Below are positions 23,399-32,495 of a stretch of DNA of 64,000 bases, piece by piece (position 1 is the stretch's first letter; every line of letters starts with the position of its first letter). The position numbers and the translations under genes were made by a program. This DNA comes from a virus (Duplodnaviria; Caudoviricetes): the IMG/VR virus record IMGVR_UViG_3300010885_080481; one strand, 5' to 3'. The notes beneath the pieces were generated by a model. It saw nothing but the letters and a program-made list of their open reading frames with translations, made no database searches and had not been told where the DNA came from.

Positions 23399-25288
23399 TC
23401 AAATTATATTCATATCCAAAACTGTGACCGTGCCGTAGAAGTCCGAGCGGACCATCTTCTTACCGTAGCGGGTCATCACGCCCTTACGCGGTGTGAAGTC
23501 CTCTGGTGCGAAGATTGTTGGTGTCACGATGAGTGGAACGTATGGTGCGTATACGTAGCCTGTCTCGAGGTAGCTGCCACCCTTGTAGCCAACGAGGATC
23601 TTGTTACGTGGGAAGTAAGGATCCTTGTAGACTGTGAAGCGGTTGCTGACCGTGCCGATTGCCTCTGCACCGATCGTGAATGGTGAGCCAACCTGGCCTT
23701 CTCCATCGATCGAGTACTTGGGCTTGTAGAGAACTGAACTCTCGAGGATGGTTGCAACGTCTGGGCTTGTGACCATGAAGTTTGCAGATCCGCGGAGTGT
23801 CTTGCGGTGGATTGTGTTTGCCACGTCGATGACTGTCTCGACGAGGGTCTCGTACCACTCGCGAACCGTACCCGTGAATTGTGGTCCGATCGAGAGGCTA
23901 GATGCGAGAGTGACTGGCGAGCCTGTTGTCTTGTTGACGAAGCGACCTGGTGCGCGGCTCCAATAGAAGTTGGCGCCGTTGGCCTGTGTGACGAGGTCGT
24001 TGAGGATCTCGCGGTCGATCTCAAGGGCGATCTGCTCTGAGAGGATCGAGGTTAGCTCAACCTCAGCGTCCATGCTGTGGTAGGCGTTGAGGTCCTGTGC
24101 GAGCTCTGGAGACCAGCGGGCACGGAGCTTGCGGGTCGTTGCAGTGATTGCAATTGACTCAATCTTGATGTCGATTTCTGGAATTGCAGGCTGCGGTGTT
24201 GCACCGAAATCAGATTCGAATGATGGAACGGTAAGTGTTGCTCCGCTTGCGCTATCAACTGTGAGACCTGCCTTGAGAGCGAATGAGAAGCGACCGTTTG
24301 AAGCTGCGCTAACCGCGAGGCTTGCACCATCTGCACCCTTGACTGCCATCTGAACGTGTGTACCGTTGAGTGGATCTGGTGTGAATGATACTGCGCCACC
24401 GTTGTACACGAAGTTTCCGCGCTTGTTGAGGCGGCGGAGGTTGAGTACGCCAGAACCACCTTGGAATGCTTCACCCCATGCTGTCGCGTTTGTTACACCA
24501 CCGAAGAGAGCGATGCTATCGACTGCAAGTAGGTCGGCTGCTGCGTTGGCCGTCGTGAAGACCGATGCAGAGACGTAGAGGAAAGAAACGTCGCCGGTGT
24601 TGTTTGTGACGAAGTTTTCAACCTGTGGATCGAAGTCAAGGTAACGAGCGTTGCTACCGCTGAAGTCAGTTGCGGCGGCGAGCTCGTGGCCTGCTAACCA
24701 CGTATCAGCAGCTGAACCTGCCCAGGCGCCGAGAGCGACTGCAGCTGTTGTCATTGCAGCTGATGTTGTCGATCCTGTGACCCTGGAGTAGCTTGTGCCG
24801 ACGAGGTCATACATACCACCTGCTGCTAGAGATCCGCTCTGGACTCCTTTGCCTGTGGGGTTGTTGTAGATAGACTGTCCTCTTGTGAAGACAGCGTCAC
24901 CAGATGTTGGTGTTCCTACGTTCGTGCCGTATGTGTAATCAAGATAGAAGATGAGTCCTGAGGGGAGGCTCATTGGCTGGATCGAAACGAGCTCGTTTGA
25001 AACGAGGCCGCCGAACACTCTACGAACGATTGGGAATGCAATGTTTGTGAATCCCTGGATCTGTCCGCTTGATGTAACGTTACCGCCACCTGTTGAGAGG
25101 CTGTTGCTCTCTTTGAGTACCTGTGCTGCCTGGTTCTCGAGGAGCTGTGCCATTACTTCGCGGCGTGTTCCATCGAGGCCGCGGAGGAGGCCTGTGCGGC
25201 TCCATTTCTCTGTAAGACGGGCGCGCTCAGCGCCGACGTGACGCTCCTTGATGCCCTGTGCAAGCTGATCAATTGTAAAAGATTTCAT
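23399..25288 (-). CDS. major capsid protein (T4 gp23-like)
   Basis: KWSRTGLL.GL, LLENQA, FPIVRRVF..L, VSIQPM.LPSGLIFYLDY, IPEIDI, TRKLRARWSPELAQDL.AYH, EIDREIL, YAPYVPL, PRKGVMTRYG. Confidence 0.97.
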   Translation of the reverse strand: MKSFTIDQLAQGIKERHVGAERARLTEKWSRTGLLRGLDGTRREVMAQLLENQAAQVLKESNSLSTGGGNVTSSGQIQGFTNIAFPIVRRVFGGLVSNELVSIQPMSLPSGLIFYLDYTYGTNVGTPTSGDAVFTRGQSIYNNPTGKGVQSGSLAAGGMYDLVGTSYSRVTGSTTSAAMTTAAVALGAWAGSAADTWLAGHELAAATDFSGSNARYLDFDPQVENFVTNNTGDVSFLYVSASVFTTANAAADLLAVDSIALFGGVTNATAWGEAFQGGSGVLNLRRLNKRGNFVYNGGAVSFTPDPLNGTHVQMAVKGADGASLAVSAASNGRFSFALKAGLTVDSASGATLTVPSFESDFGATPQPAIPEIDIKIESIAITATTRKLRARWSPELAQDLNAYHSMDAEVELTSILSEQIALEIDREILNDLVTQANGANFYWSRAPGRFVNKTTGSPVTLASSLSIGPQFTGTVREWYETLVETVIDVANTIHRKTLRGSANFMVTSPDVATILESSVLYKPKYSIDGEGQVGSPFTIGAEAIGTVSNRFTVYKDPYFPRNKILVGYKGGSYLETGYVYAPYVPLIVTPTIFAPEDFTPRKGVMTRYGKKMVRSDFYGTVTVLDMNII

Positions 25289-25339
25289 TTATATTCTCCT
25301 GTAAACAATTTGGTTTAATTATAACGAATTATCTCGAGG

Positions 25340-27241
25340 TCACTTAGCTATGCCTGCGAGTTTTGCCCAACGTTCGGACTCAAAACCTTCGTTGAGTGTT
25401 TGTGCTGATGCCGAACGTGTCGCCTGTGAAGAAGATCCAAGAACGCGGCCTTCTGTCACAGTCTTACGAGGCGTTGCCAATGTCTTGGCAAGGCTTTCGT
25501 ATACAAGCTTCACTTCACGAAGCGTCTTTGCTTCATCCAACTGCTCAATAACCTGCGATTTCTGACGCGCGGTGAGAGCTTCTGACTGTAGCAATTTGTT
25601 TGTGAATATGAGCTTAGCGTTGAGCAGATTCGTTTCTGCCAACTTGTTGCGGAGCTGTGAATCGCCTGAGCTCGCGACAGGTTTTGCGACGTTATTTGAA
25701 CGACGCTCTGTGCGGAGGGCCTCTGAGAGGTCTCCTGAAAGTTTGTTAAAACGTTTGACTGATTCATTGTAACGTTTTGCAAAGTTTGTGTATGCTTGTT
25801 TGAAGTTAACGCTAGATGCGTTGATCTCTTTTCGTTCAGCAAGCGTCTTTGCTTTTGAGAACTTTGTTTTTGCTGATTCATAGAGGCTTGCGGCGGTTCT
25901 AGCCTTGTTTTTTAATACCTCTTGAAGTTTAAGTTCTTTAGCCATGTTACGACGAAGAGATTCACACTTAGCTGCTTCATCCTTCTCTTCCTCTTTTTCA
26001 TTCATGCCTGGTGAATCGCCCTGCTTCTTTGTCTGCGAATAATCTTCGCGGCGCTTCATGGCTGCAGGTGATGAATCTGTTCTGTCTCCTGCTTCTTCCA
26101 TATCAAGCTCTAAAGCAAGTTCATCAAGTTCGTTTGCATAAGACTCGTCTGCTTTTTCTGAATCATCTTCAGCTTCTTCATCAGAACCTTTTGTCTCTAA
26201 TGCTTCGTCAGTTTCTGAAAGAGTTACATCTAGTGGTTCTCCTTCAGAATCAGCATCGCCAAAATCATCAAACTCATCAGAGCCTGGTTTTGTTCCGTCG
26301 ACAGAAGGAACTTTTTCTTCTCTAAGAGTTCTCATACGAGCAATTTCTCGACGAAGCATATTTTCATCGATTTCGACAATAACATTATCAGAAAGCTTAC
26401 GAGATTCCATCTTAGAATCCATGCTTCCTTCAAGGTCAAGATCTTCCTCGCCTGATTCTTCTTCCTCGTCACCTTCCTCGCCACCTTCTGCGCCGCCTTC
26501 TGCGTCGCCGAGATCGAGATCTTCCTCATCTGATTCTTCTTCCTCACCACCTTCTTCACTCTCTTCGCCTCCGGAGACCAAATTGACTCCAAGGCTTTCG
26601 AGATCGATGTCGTCAGGAAGGCCTGTCAATTCCAGGCTGATTGTTTCTTCATTTAAACGACTATTTCTCTTCTTCATTTTAATCTCCTGAAGCTTTTCAA
26701 TTTTTTTCAAACAATTTTGTAATTTAAGATTATATCCTAGTTTTTGTGTAGGACTATCAGCATTTTCGTTAATAAAATCATACATTGTGCTGACCAATGT
26801 TGATAGTTCATTTACCTTGTTGGTAAAAATCTCAGAGTTTTTTTCGTTCAATTCGATAGAAAGCAGCTTATTCGCTAGTTCAGAAACATAGCGTAACTTT
26901 CTTTCGACTGCGGGTAATACTTTGCCACCAAACTCAAAATTTTCTTCTACGCTAGAATCTTCTTTAGCATCAGCTTCTTCTGCTGGTTCTTCTAACGCCT
27001 CGACAACTTCTTCTTCCACGGCTTCAGGTACGTGAGATTTGTTGTCTTCAGGTTCATCAGTTAAAATCTTATCGTCTTTTTCCTCGACTTCTTCAGCTGA
27101 TTCACCTAACAGTTCTTTTTCAATCAGCTCACGAATGCGAGGCGCGACGGCTTCGATAACTGCTCTTTTAGCGTTATCTTCTGCAATTTCTTTTAACTTT
27201 TTAACATCTGCTATTGCTTCTTCGTAGAGCTGCTTTGACAT
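25340..27241 (-). CDS. prohead core/scaffolding protein (gp22-like)
   Basis: Very acidic coiled-coil protein directly upstream of capsid gene; NLLNAKL.FTN, W.KLAGI end. Confidence 0.85.
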   Translation of the reverse strand: MSKQLYEEAIADVKKLKEIAEDNAKRAVIEAVAPRIRELIEKELLGESAEEVEEKDDKILTDEPEDNKSHVPEAVEEEVVEALEEPAEEADAKEDSSVEENFEFGGKVLPAVERKLRYVSELANKLLSIELNEKNSEIFTNKVNELSTLVSTMYDFINENADSPTQKLGYNLKLQNCLKKIEKLQEIKMKKRNSRLNEETISLELTGLPDDIDLESLGVNLVSGGEESEEGGEEEESDEEDLDLGDAEGGAEGGEEGDEEEESGEEDLDLEGSMDSKMESRKLSDNVIVEIDENMLRREIARMRTLREEKVPSVDGTKPGSDEFDDFGDADSEGEPLDVTLSETDEALETKGSDEEAEDDSEKADESYANELDELALELDMEEAGDRTDSSPAAMKRREDYSQTKKQGDSPGMNEKEEEKDEAAKCESLRRNMAKELKLQEVLKNKARTAASLYESAKTKFSKAKTLAERKEINASSVNFKQAYTNFAKRYNESVKRFNKLSGDLSEALRTERRSNNVAKPVASSGDSQLRNKLAETNLLNAKLIFTNKLLQSEALTARQKSQVIEQLDEAKTLREVKLVYESLAKTLATPRKTVTEGRVLGSSSQATRSASAQTLNEGFESERWAKLAGIAK

Positions 27242-27267
27242 TTCAAAAATTCTCCGTAATTCAAATA

Positions 27268-27762
27268 TTAGGTTGTTGAGTCAGACGATCCCATTTTAGG
27301 TTTATTTCCTAAAACAAAAGCTGCAATCTTCTTTGCATGCTCAGCAGGAGATCTAGTACCTGTTGAAGGTCCGCCAGGTACGTACGATGGTTTAATATCC
27401 GTTGCTTTAATTCCAGGATCTGAATTCTTGTCTGTACCATCGGTTTTTCCAGGGCCAGGCGAAGATAAATCAGGCGTAAATGAGTTAGCAGGATCACCTG
27501 GATTTTTCCAAGCTCCATCGGCTCCCGCTAGAGTATTTGGTGCCTCTCCGTAATTTAAATTTACGCCTGGACCAAAATACGTATCTCCAGGTTGTACAGT
27601 GGGCATTAAATACTGGTTTCCAGCATTTACCACTAGTTCTCTATAGTCTTTTTCTTTTCCAACAAAGTTACTTGTTGGTGATGCAGGAAACAACTTGCCC
27701 AAAAGTAAATTTTTTTCATTGGACTCCGGTGCGTAAACTGTATATTTTCCTTGTCCAGGCAT
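27268..27762 (-). CDS. hypothetical head-module protein
   Basis: Pro/Gly-rich ORF within the head cluster, with SD. Confidence 0.7.
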   Translation of the reverse strand: MPGQGKYTVYAPESNEKNLLLGKLFPASPTSNFVGKEKDYRELVVNAGNQYLMPTVQPGDTYFGPGVNLNYGEAPNTLAGADGAWKNPGDPANSFTPDLSSPGPGKTDGTDKNSDPGIKATDIKPSYVPGGPSTGTRSPAEHAKKIAAFVLGNKPKMGSSDSTT

Positions 27763-27794
27763 AGCGTTTCTCCTTACTAATTGAGGTTAAGATT

Positions 27795-28034
27795 TCACTT
27801 TTTGCGAAGTAAAGTCATTTTTAATTCGCGTATTTTTTCTAAGCGCTTGGTCAATCTAGATTCTTCTAGCCCAAGTGCCTTATAATAATTAAACTGATTC
27901 TCTAAAGAATCTGCAAATTCATCAGCATCAACTTCATCTGCTTCTTTAGCAGCATCTTTTGTGCTCTTTTCGGCTTTAAACTTTGCCATTTCTTCAAGAA
28001 CGATTTTTTTGAGTAAAGATGAAGTTAATTTCAT
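27795..28034 (-). CDS. small head-module protein with capsid-targeting-like leader
   Basis: MKLTSSLLKKIVLEE. Confidence 0.7.
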   Translation of the reverse strand: MKLTSSLLKKIVLEEMAKFKAEKSTKDAAKEADEVDADEFADSLENQFNYYKALGLEESRLTKRLEKIRELKMTLLRKK

Positions 28035-28091
28035 AATTGCATTTCCTTTTTTAGAAATATAATGCTAATTATTACACTCTAGACAAAACGA

Positions 28092-28529
28092 TTAAAATTT
28101 CTTTGGAGTGTCAGCAAAAGCCAAGGTGGCCCATTTTGAAGCTGCCTCGTCGCCGAATATATCTTCTGGTGCATTCGATGCCACTATGTTCTCGATTGTG
28201 CCGACAGGCGCTACAGCATTTTTGTTACTTTCGTTCATTAGCATATTGGGTAAAGTCGTAGAAGCAGTGTCGGCAAGAATAGCCGCTAGAACAGGATCTC
28301 CTTTAGATTCTGCCTTTATTACGTCATTCAATCTTGACTTCGACAATAAGTCATGCTGAGTTTGTGAAGAATATTTGACGTGATCTCTTGGAGATTTATT
28401 GGCCGAGCGAGCTTGCGAATGTTTTGAGATTTCTTCTTTTAGCCTTTCAGGCCGACCCATGCCTTCGGCTAATATTTCGACCAAACATTCTTTTATAATT
28501 TGTTTTAACTCTGATCTAGATAATTTCAT
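28092..28529 (-). CDS. head-module protein with capsid-targeting-like leader
   Basis: MKLSRSELKQIIKECLVEILAEG. Confidence 0.75.
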   Translation of the reverse strand: MKLSRSELKQIIKECLVEILAEGMGRPERLKEEISKHSQARSANKSPRDHVKYSSQTQHDLLSKSRLNDVIKAESKGDPVLAAILADTASTTLPNMLMNESNKNAVAPVGTIENIVASNAPEDIFGDEAASKWATLAFADTPKKF

Positions 28530-28565
28530 ATAAGTCTTTAAATTACTATCGATTATAAAAGTATT

Positions 28566-29174
28566 TCAAGTTTTAGAAACTAATATATCGTTTATTATTC
28601 TATTAATTCTATCAGATTGATCGAATATAGTTCTTAATTCGGCTGGATTTAAAGACTTTCCTTCTGCCATCATGAACGCGCCAGGAGTTGAAGGTTCTGA
28701 GACGTAATCCCAACATATTAGTTGGAAATCGTCTTGCACGACTTGATAATCTCCTTGTTTCTTTGTAGATCCAACGCCTCTAGAAGAGATTCCTAATTTT
28801 ACTCCGCTTTCGACTAAAGATTGCAATATCTTACCAGAAGGAGTGTCTAGTATCTCTACAGAGCCATAAACAACATCACCTTCTAGGTACGCTTCTTTAA
28901 CAATGTGAGAAACATTCTTTAGATTTACGACAGAAGAATCAGGATGATCTAACTCGCCGAGAGCTCTATTTTCTGCTATAAATTTTTGATAGTTCCTTAT
29001 TTCTCTATCTAGTATGTTTCTAGGATAGATTCTGCCATTCTGATTAAGAGTGTCAGATTTCTGTAAAATTCCTCGCATGACAATCTTCCCGTTATTTTTT
29101 TCACGAGACTCTTTTATCATGTCAGTTGTGTAATCGAAAATTTCGTATGAATTAAGTAATTTTAATTCAGACAT
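28566..29174 (-). CDS. prohead protease (T4 gp21-like)
   Basis: NQNGRIYP, ALGELDHP, NVSH, LDTPSG, GISSRGVGS, D.VSEPS. Confidence 0.95.
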   Translation of the reverse strand: MSELKLLNSYEIFDYTTDMIKESREKNNGKIVMRGILQKSDTLNQNGRIYPRNILDREIRNYQKFIAENRALGELDHPDSSVVNLKNVSHIVKEAYLEGDVVYGSVEILDTPSGKILQSLVESGVKLGISSRGVGSTKKQGDYQVVQDDFQLICWDYVSEPSTPGAFMMAEGKSLNPAELRTIFDQSDRINRIINDILVSKT

Positions 29175-30027
29175 CTGATCCTCCTGTAGTTAGCTCATCA
29201 ACAAGCTTAGCATATAACATGTATTCGGAAACAGTAGAATCATCAACTATACTTGCGGATTCTGATAATTTTGACTTGACTTCTACGAGTTTACTCTTGA
29301 GATATGATGAAGCATTTTCAGACGTTACATAGTTGTTTATAGACTCTAAAAGTTTTTCTTTTATCTCTTGCATCTTTCTGAAGATGGTAGAGTTGTCGTC
29401 GTTTGCCGTGGAAAAAGCGTAGGCTTTTATTAAAGCTTTTTGATCAGATGACAGAGCTCCGTCATATTTTTCGCTCAGCTTTTTCATCATAATCTTCATC
29501 AAAAGACGATTTGTTCCGACAGAATTCTCGTTAACTTTTTGTTCGCTGGTTTCTTCTTTTTTAGTTAGTAACCACTTCAAAAGTTGATCTTCATACTCTG
29601 CAAGCTTTTGTAAGTTAGGTTCTTTTGATCTCCATCCGTTTATAAGATTTTGTATTGTCGCAAACATCTTATACTCATTAACGTGTTGATCATAGAAATT
29701 TTCATCTTGAAGCTGATGGTTAATGTTCCTTATCAGCATAGATTTTTCTTTTTCTAATTCTTGCAAGTTGTGAGTTCTACAAACATTCTTTGCTTCATTA
29801 ATGATGGATGCCGCGACGGACTCTGACCCAACTGTTGTTTTCATTAAAGCATTAATGAGCCTGAATTCTTTATAGATTTCAGAACCTGGCTTAAAACTTT
29901 GTTTTATTATTTTTAATGCTTTAGATGACTTTTGTTTGTCATTTTCTACTAAGGAACTTGAAATGGTTCTTATCAAGAACTCATAAAGTAAACCAGAATT
30001 TCTTTTTTTATTATGTGAGGATGACAT
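29167..30027 (-). CDS. conserved head-module protein between portal and protease
   Basis: HNKKRNSGLLYEFL N-terminus; helical; position in module. Confidence 0.75.
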   Translation of the reverse strand: MSSSHNKKRNSGLLYEFLIRTISSSLVENDKQKSSKALKIIKQSFKPGSEIYKEFRLINALMKTTVGSESVAASIINEAKNVCRTHNLQELEKEKSMLIRNINHQLQDENFYDQHVNEYKMFATIQNLINGWRSKEPNLQKLAEYEDQLLKWLLTKKEETSEQKVNENSVGTNRLLMKIMMKKLSEKYDGALSSDQKALIKAYAFSTANDDNSTIFRKMQEIKEKLLESINNYVTSENASSYLKSKLVEVKSKLSESASIVDDSTVSEYMLYAKLVDELTTGGSDV

Positions 30028-30081
30028 TTTTGGTCAATTCCTTTCGAAAATTTATTTTTCTATCCCAAATAGATATCACGA

Positions 30082-32103
30082 TTATTCTTCAATCTCAATA
30101 TCAAGTTCTTCTTGATTCATTAAAGAAGCATTTTCTGACAAAATTTCATTTCTTTTGTTATGGATTCCTAAAGAATCTGACATTTTTTTCAATGAAGACA
30201 TTACGTCAGGCGGTAAGCTTGTTGTAGAATAATTTTTTTTCTGTAACGATTCATTCATGCCTAGAGGATCTCTGAATTGATTTCTGAGCCATTTAGTGTC
30301 ATAAGGATCATCTAGAGTTTGTTGATTAGATATCATATCAGAAAAATTAGGCTCATGAAGTTGATGCTTCTTTCTTCTAGAACTATCATATTGTGCTTTT
30401 TTCGCGCTGTAAGGAGCCTTTTTATATCTGGCATTTTTCTTAACGGGTAACTTGTCTTTTTCATAAAGATTTGTTGAAGAAAAATCTGGTTCGTCTATTG
30501 ACAACAAGAGCTTAGACCCAGGTTCAGCGTCATCGGCAGGTTCATCTCCTGCAAATAGATCCTCTTCTCCTCCAGCAGACTCCTCGCCACCTTCTTCGCC
30601 TGCGGGTTCACCACCTTCTTCTTCACCACCTTCTTCTTCGCTACCGAATGGGCCGCCTCCTGTCTCATCGGCGGCTTCTTCAGGTTTTGCAGATTCGACT
30701 TCTGCATCTGTTATTTTTTCTTGTTTACGTTGGTCATTTATAACAGAAATTTGTTCATCGTTCAGACCCCAAATTTCTTTTTGGATAAATTGCCTACTAC
30801 CCATACCTTCTGGCAAGGCCCCACCAATCTCAAATTTAGTTCTCCACAATTCTAATTTTTGTTGTTGCGCGACGGTCGAAGGATTAGATAAACGAAGCGT
30901 GAAATTTTGTAAATCTTCATTATCAAACCCGTGCGAATACAGATGAATGATTGCTAACTTATTGAGCTCTGATAACAAAGTCTTTTGAATAACGTTGATA
31001 GTTCTGGAAAAACGAATGTCCTCTTGCGCAAGGGTTGCCTTGGATGAAAGCATTTCATCATAACCCAAGTAAGCTCTTGGTATCTTTAATGCAGCAAATA
31101 ATTTTTTCTGAATGTATGCAACGTCTTCTACAGAAGCAGCATTTTGTCCTCCAGCAAGAGTGTCTATCTTCGTTCCACTTTCACTACCTCTGATAGGTAT
31201 GAAATAATCATCCTCTACACTGAGTGGAGAATATCGCAAGTCGACGCGACCAGTGTTTCTGTCAATGACTTGGTTAGTTCTTAGATTTTTTCTTTGTTCT
31301 TCAACATACATTGGAACGTTCTCAGCAGGAATGTTCGCAACATCGATGTAAAAAACTCTTCTTTCAGGTGCTCTTACGACGCGGTATACCAACATTGCAT
31401 CTTCTAGCAGTATCAGTTGTCTCCAAATGCGGCGGGCCGCTTCAATGACAGAAGATCCGTACGGCAAAAACATGTCATTTCCGATATAACGAAAATGCGT
31501 AACTTCCCAGTTTTCTAAAGTTCTATTTCCCATTGTCGTCCATCTATATCTGACGGCAAAAGGATCTTCTCTATCGTAGTTTTCTTCTCTTTCTATTTCA
31601 TTTACAGGTATGGGAAAAGCATTAATCACACCCAACGTAGGGGATACGTCGTTGTAAAGAAAAAAGTCTCCATACTTTACGAGGTTTCTGGCCCAGGATC
31701 TTAAGTTAAATTCTACGTTAAGAGTGTTATAGAATAGATCTTCTAGTATCTCTTTAATCTTTTCATTGTCTGAGTATACGTGTAATACTCTACCTTTTTC
31801 ATCCTGAGCACAAGTTTCATCTGCATAAATGTCGAGAGCAGCTGCAATTTCTGGAGTATACTCCATTTCAGCAAAATCTTGATATCTCATCAGTCTTTCT
31901 GATAAGTTATAAGAGTTTGCAGTTATTGTTGAGTAAGTCGGAGAGACTGAACGTTGAAATAACAACGCAGCAGATGACTTAGATTTATCAGATACTGCTA
32001 TAGTTGTGTCTAACGTTCTGATCTTACGTTTAACAACAGGTCCACTTTTGAAGAGACGAGTTAAACGTTGGAATAAACTTTTATTATTTTCTTCTTTAGA
32101 CAC
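30082..32103 (-). CDS. portal protein (T4 gp20-like)
   Basis: Y.EME.TPEIAAALDIYADE, W.RNLVKYGDFF, LEDAML.YR..RAPERRVFYIDV, EDDYFIP.RG, IDTL.GG, LFAALKIP. Confidence 0.95.
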   Translation of the reverse strand: MSKEENNKSLFQRLTRLFKSGPVVKRKIRTLDTTIAVSDKSKSSAALLFQRSVSPTYSTITANSYNLSERLMRYQDFAEMEYTPEIAAALDIYADETCAQDEKGRVLHVYSDNEKIKEILEDLFYNTLNVEFNLRSWARNLVKYGDFFLYNDVSPTLGVINAFPIPVNEIEREENYDREDPFAVRYRWTTMGNRTLENWEVTHFRYIGNDMFLPYGSSVIEAARRIWRQLILLEDAMLVYRVVRAPERRVFYIDVANIPAENVPMYVEEQRKNLRTNQVIDRNTGRVDLRYSPLSVEDDYFIPIRGSESGTKIDTLAGGQNAASVEDVAYIQKKLFAALKIPRAYLGYDEMLSSKATLAQEDIRFSRTINVIQKTLLSELNKLAIIHLYSHGFDNEDLQNFTLRLSNPSTVAQQQKLELWRTKFEIGGALPEGMGSRQFIQKEIWGLNDEQISVINDQRKQEKITDAEVESAKPEEAADETGGGPFGSEEEGGEEEGGEPAGEEGGEESAGGEEDLFAGDEPADDAEPGSKLLLSIDEPDFSSTNLYEKDKLPVKKNARYKKAPYSAKKAQYDSSRRKKHQLHEPNFSDMISNQQTLDDPYDTKWLRNQFRDPLGMNESLQKKNYSTTSLPPDVMSSLKKMSDSLGIHNKRNEILSENASLMNQEELDIEIEE

Positions 32104-32113
32104 GATATTACGA

Positions 32114-32141
32114 CCCTACGTATCAATATATCTACGTAGGG
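32114..32141 (-). promoter_or_regulatory. hairpin with late-promoter-like loop upstream of portal
   Basis: CCCTACGTA-N10-TACGTAGGG; loop reads GATATATTGA on the minus strand; 10 nt from the GTG start. Confidence 0.5.
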
Positions 32142-32160
32142 CTACAATGGGCAAAAAAAC

Positions 32161-32463
32161 TTAACCTTTTACTGGTTTCAGCGTAACTTTTTGAGCAATT
32201 TTTTGTTTCTTTAAATCAGTTACATAGCTCATTGGATTTTGCATCATCAGTTCTAAAACATCTTTTATATTTTTAAGATGAGGAGTTAAAGCATTGACTG
32301 CCGCAGGAGGAACCTCATTCTCAAATTCGCTAATTTCTTCATATAAGTCAGCGACAGAAGAGAACAACGCTTTTGCTTCAGCTGAATTCATATTTTCAAC
32401 AATGCTTGTTCGTTGAATTGTTATTTCATCTTGCAACGTTTTTGAGTTTAACTTTTTAGACAT
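32161..32463 (-). CDS. hypothetical protein
   Basis: 100 aa between terminase and portal. Confidence 0.7.
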   Translation of the reverse strand: MSKKLNSKTLQDEITIQRTSIVENMNSAEAKALFSSVADLYEEISEFENEVPPAAVNALTPHLKNIKDVLELMMQNPMSYVTDLKKQKIAQKVTLKPVKG

Positions 32464-32495
32464 TTTGAACCTGGCTTATACGCTATATTTATTAC

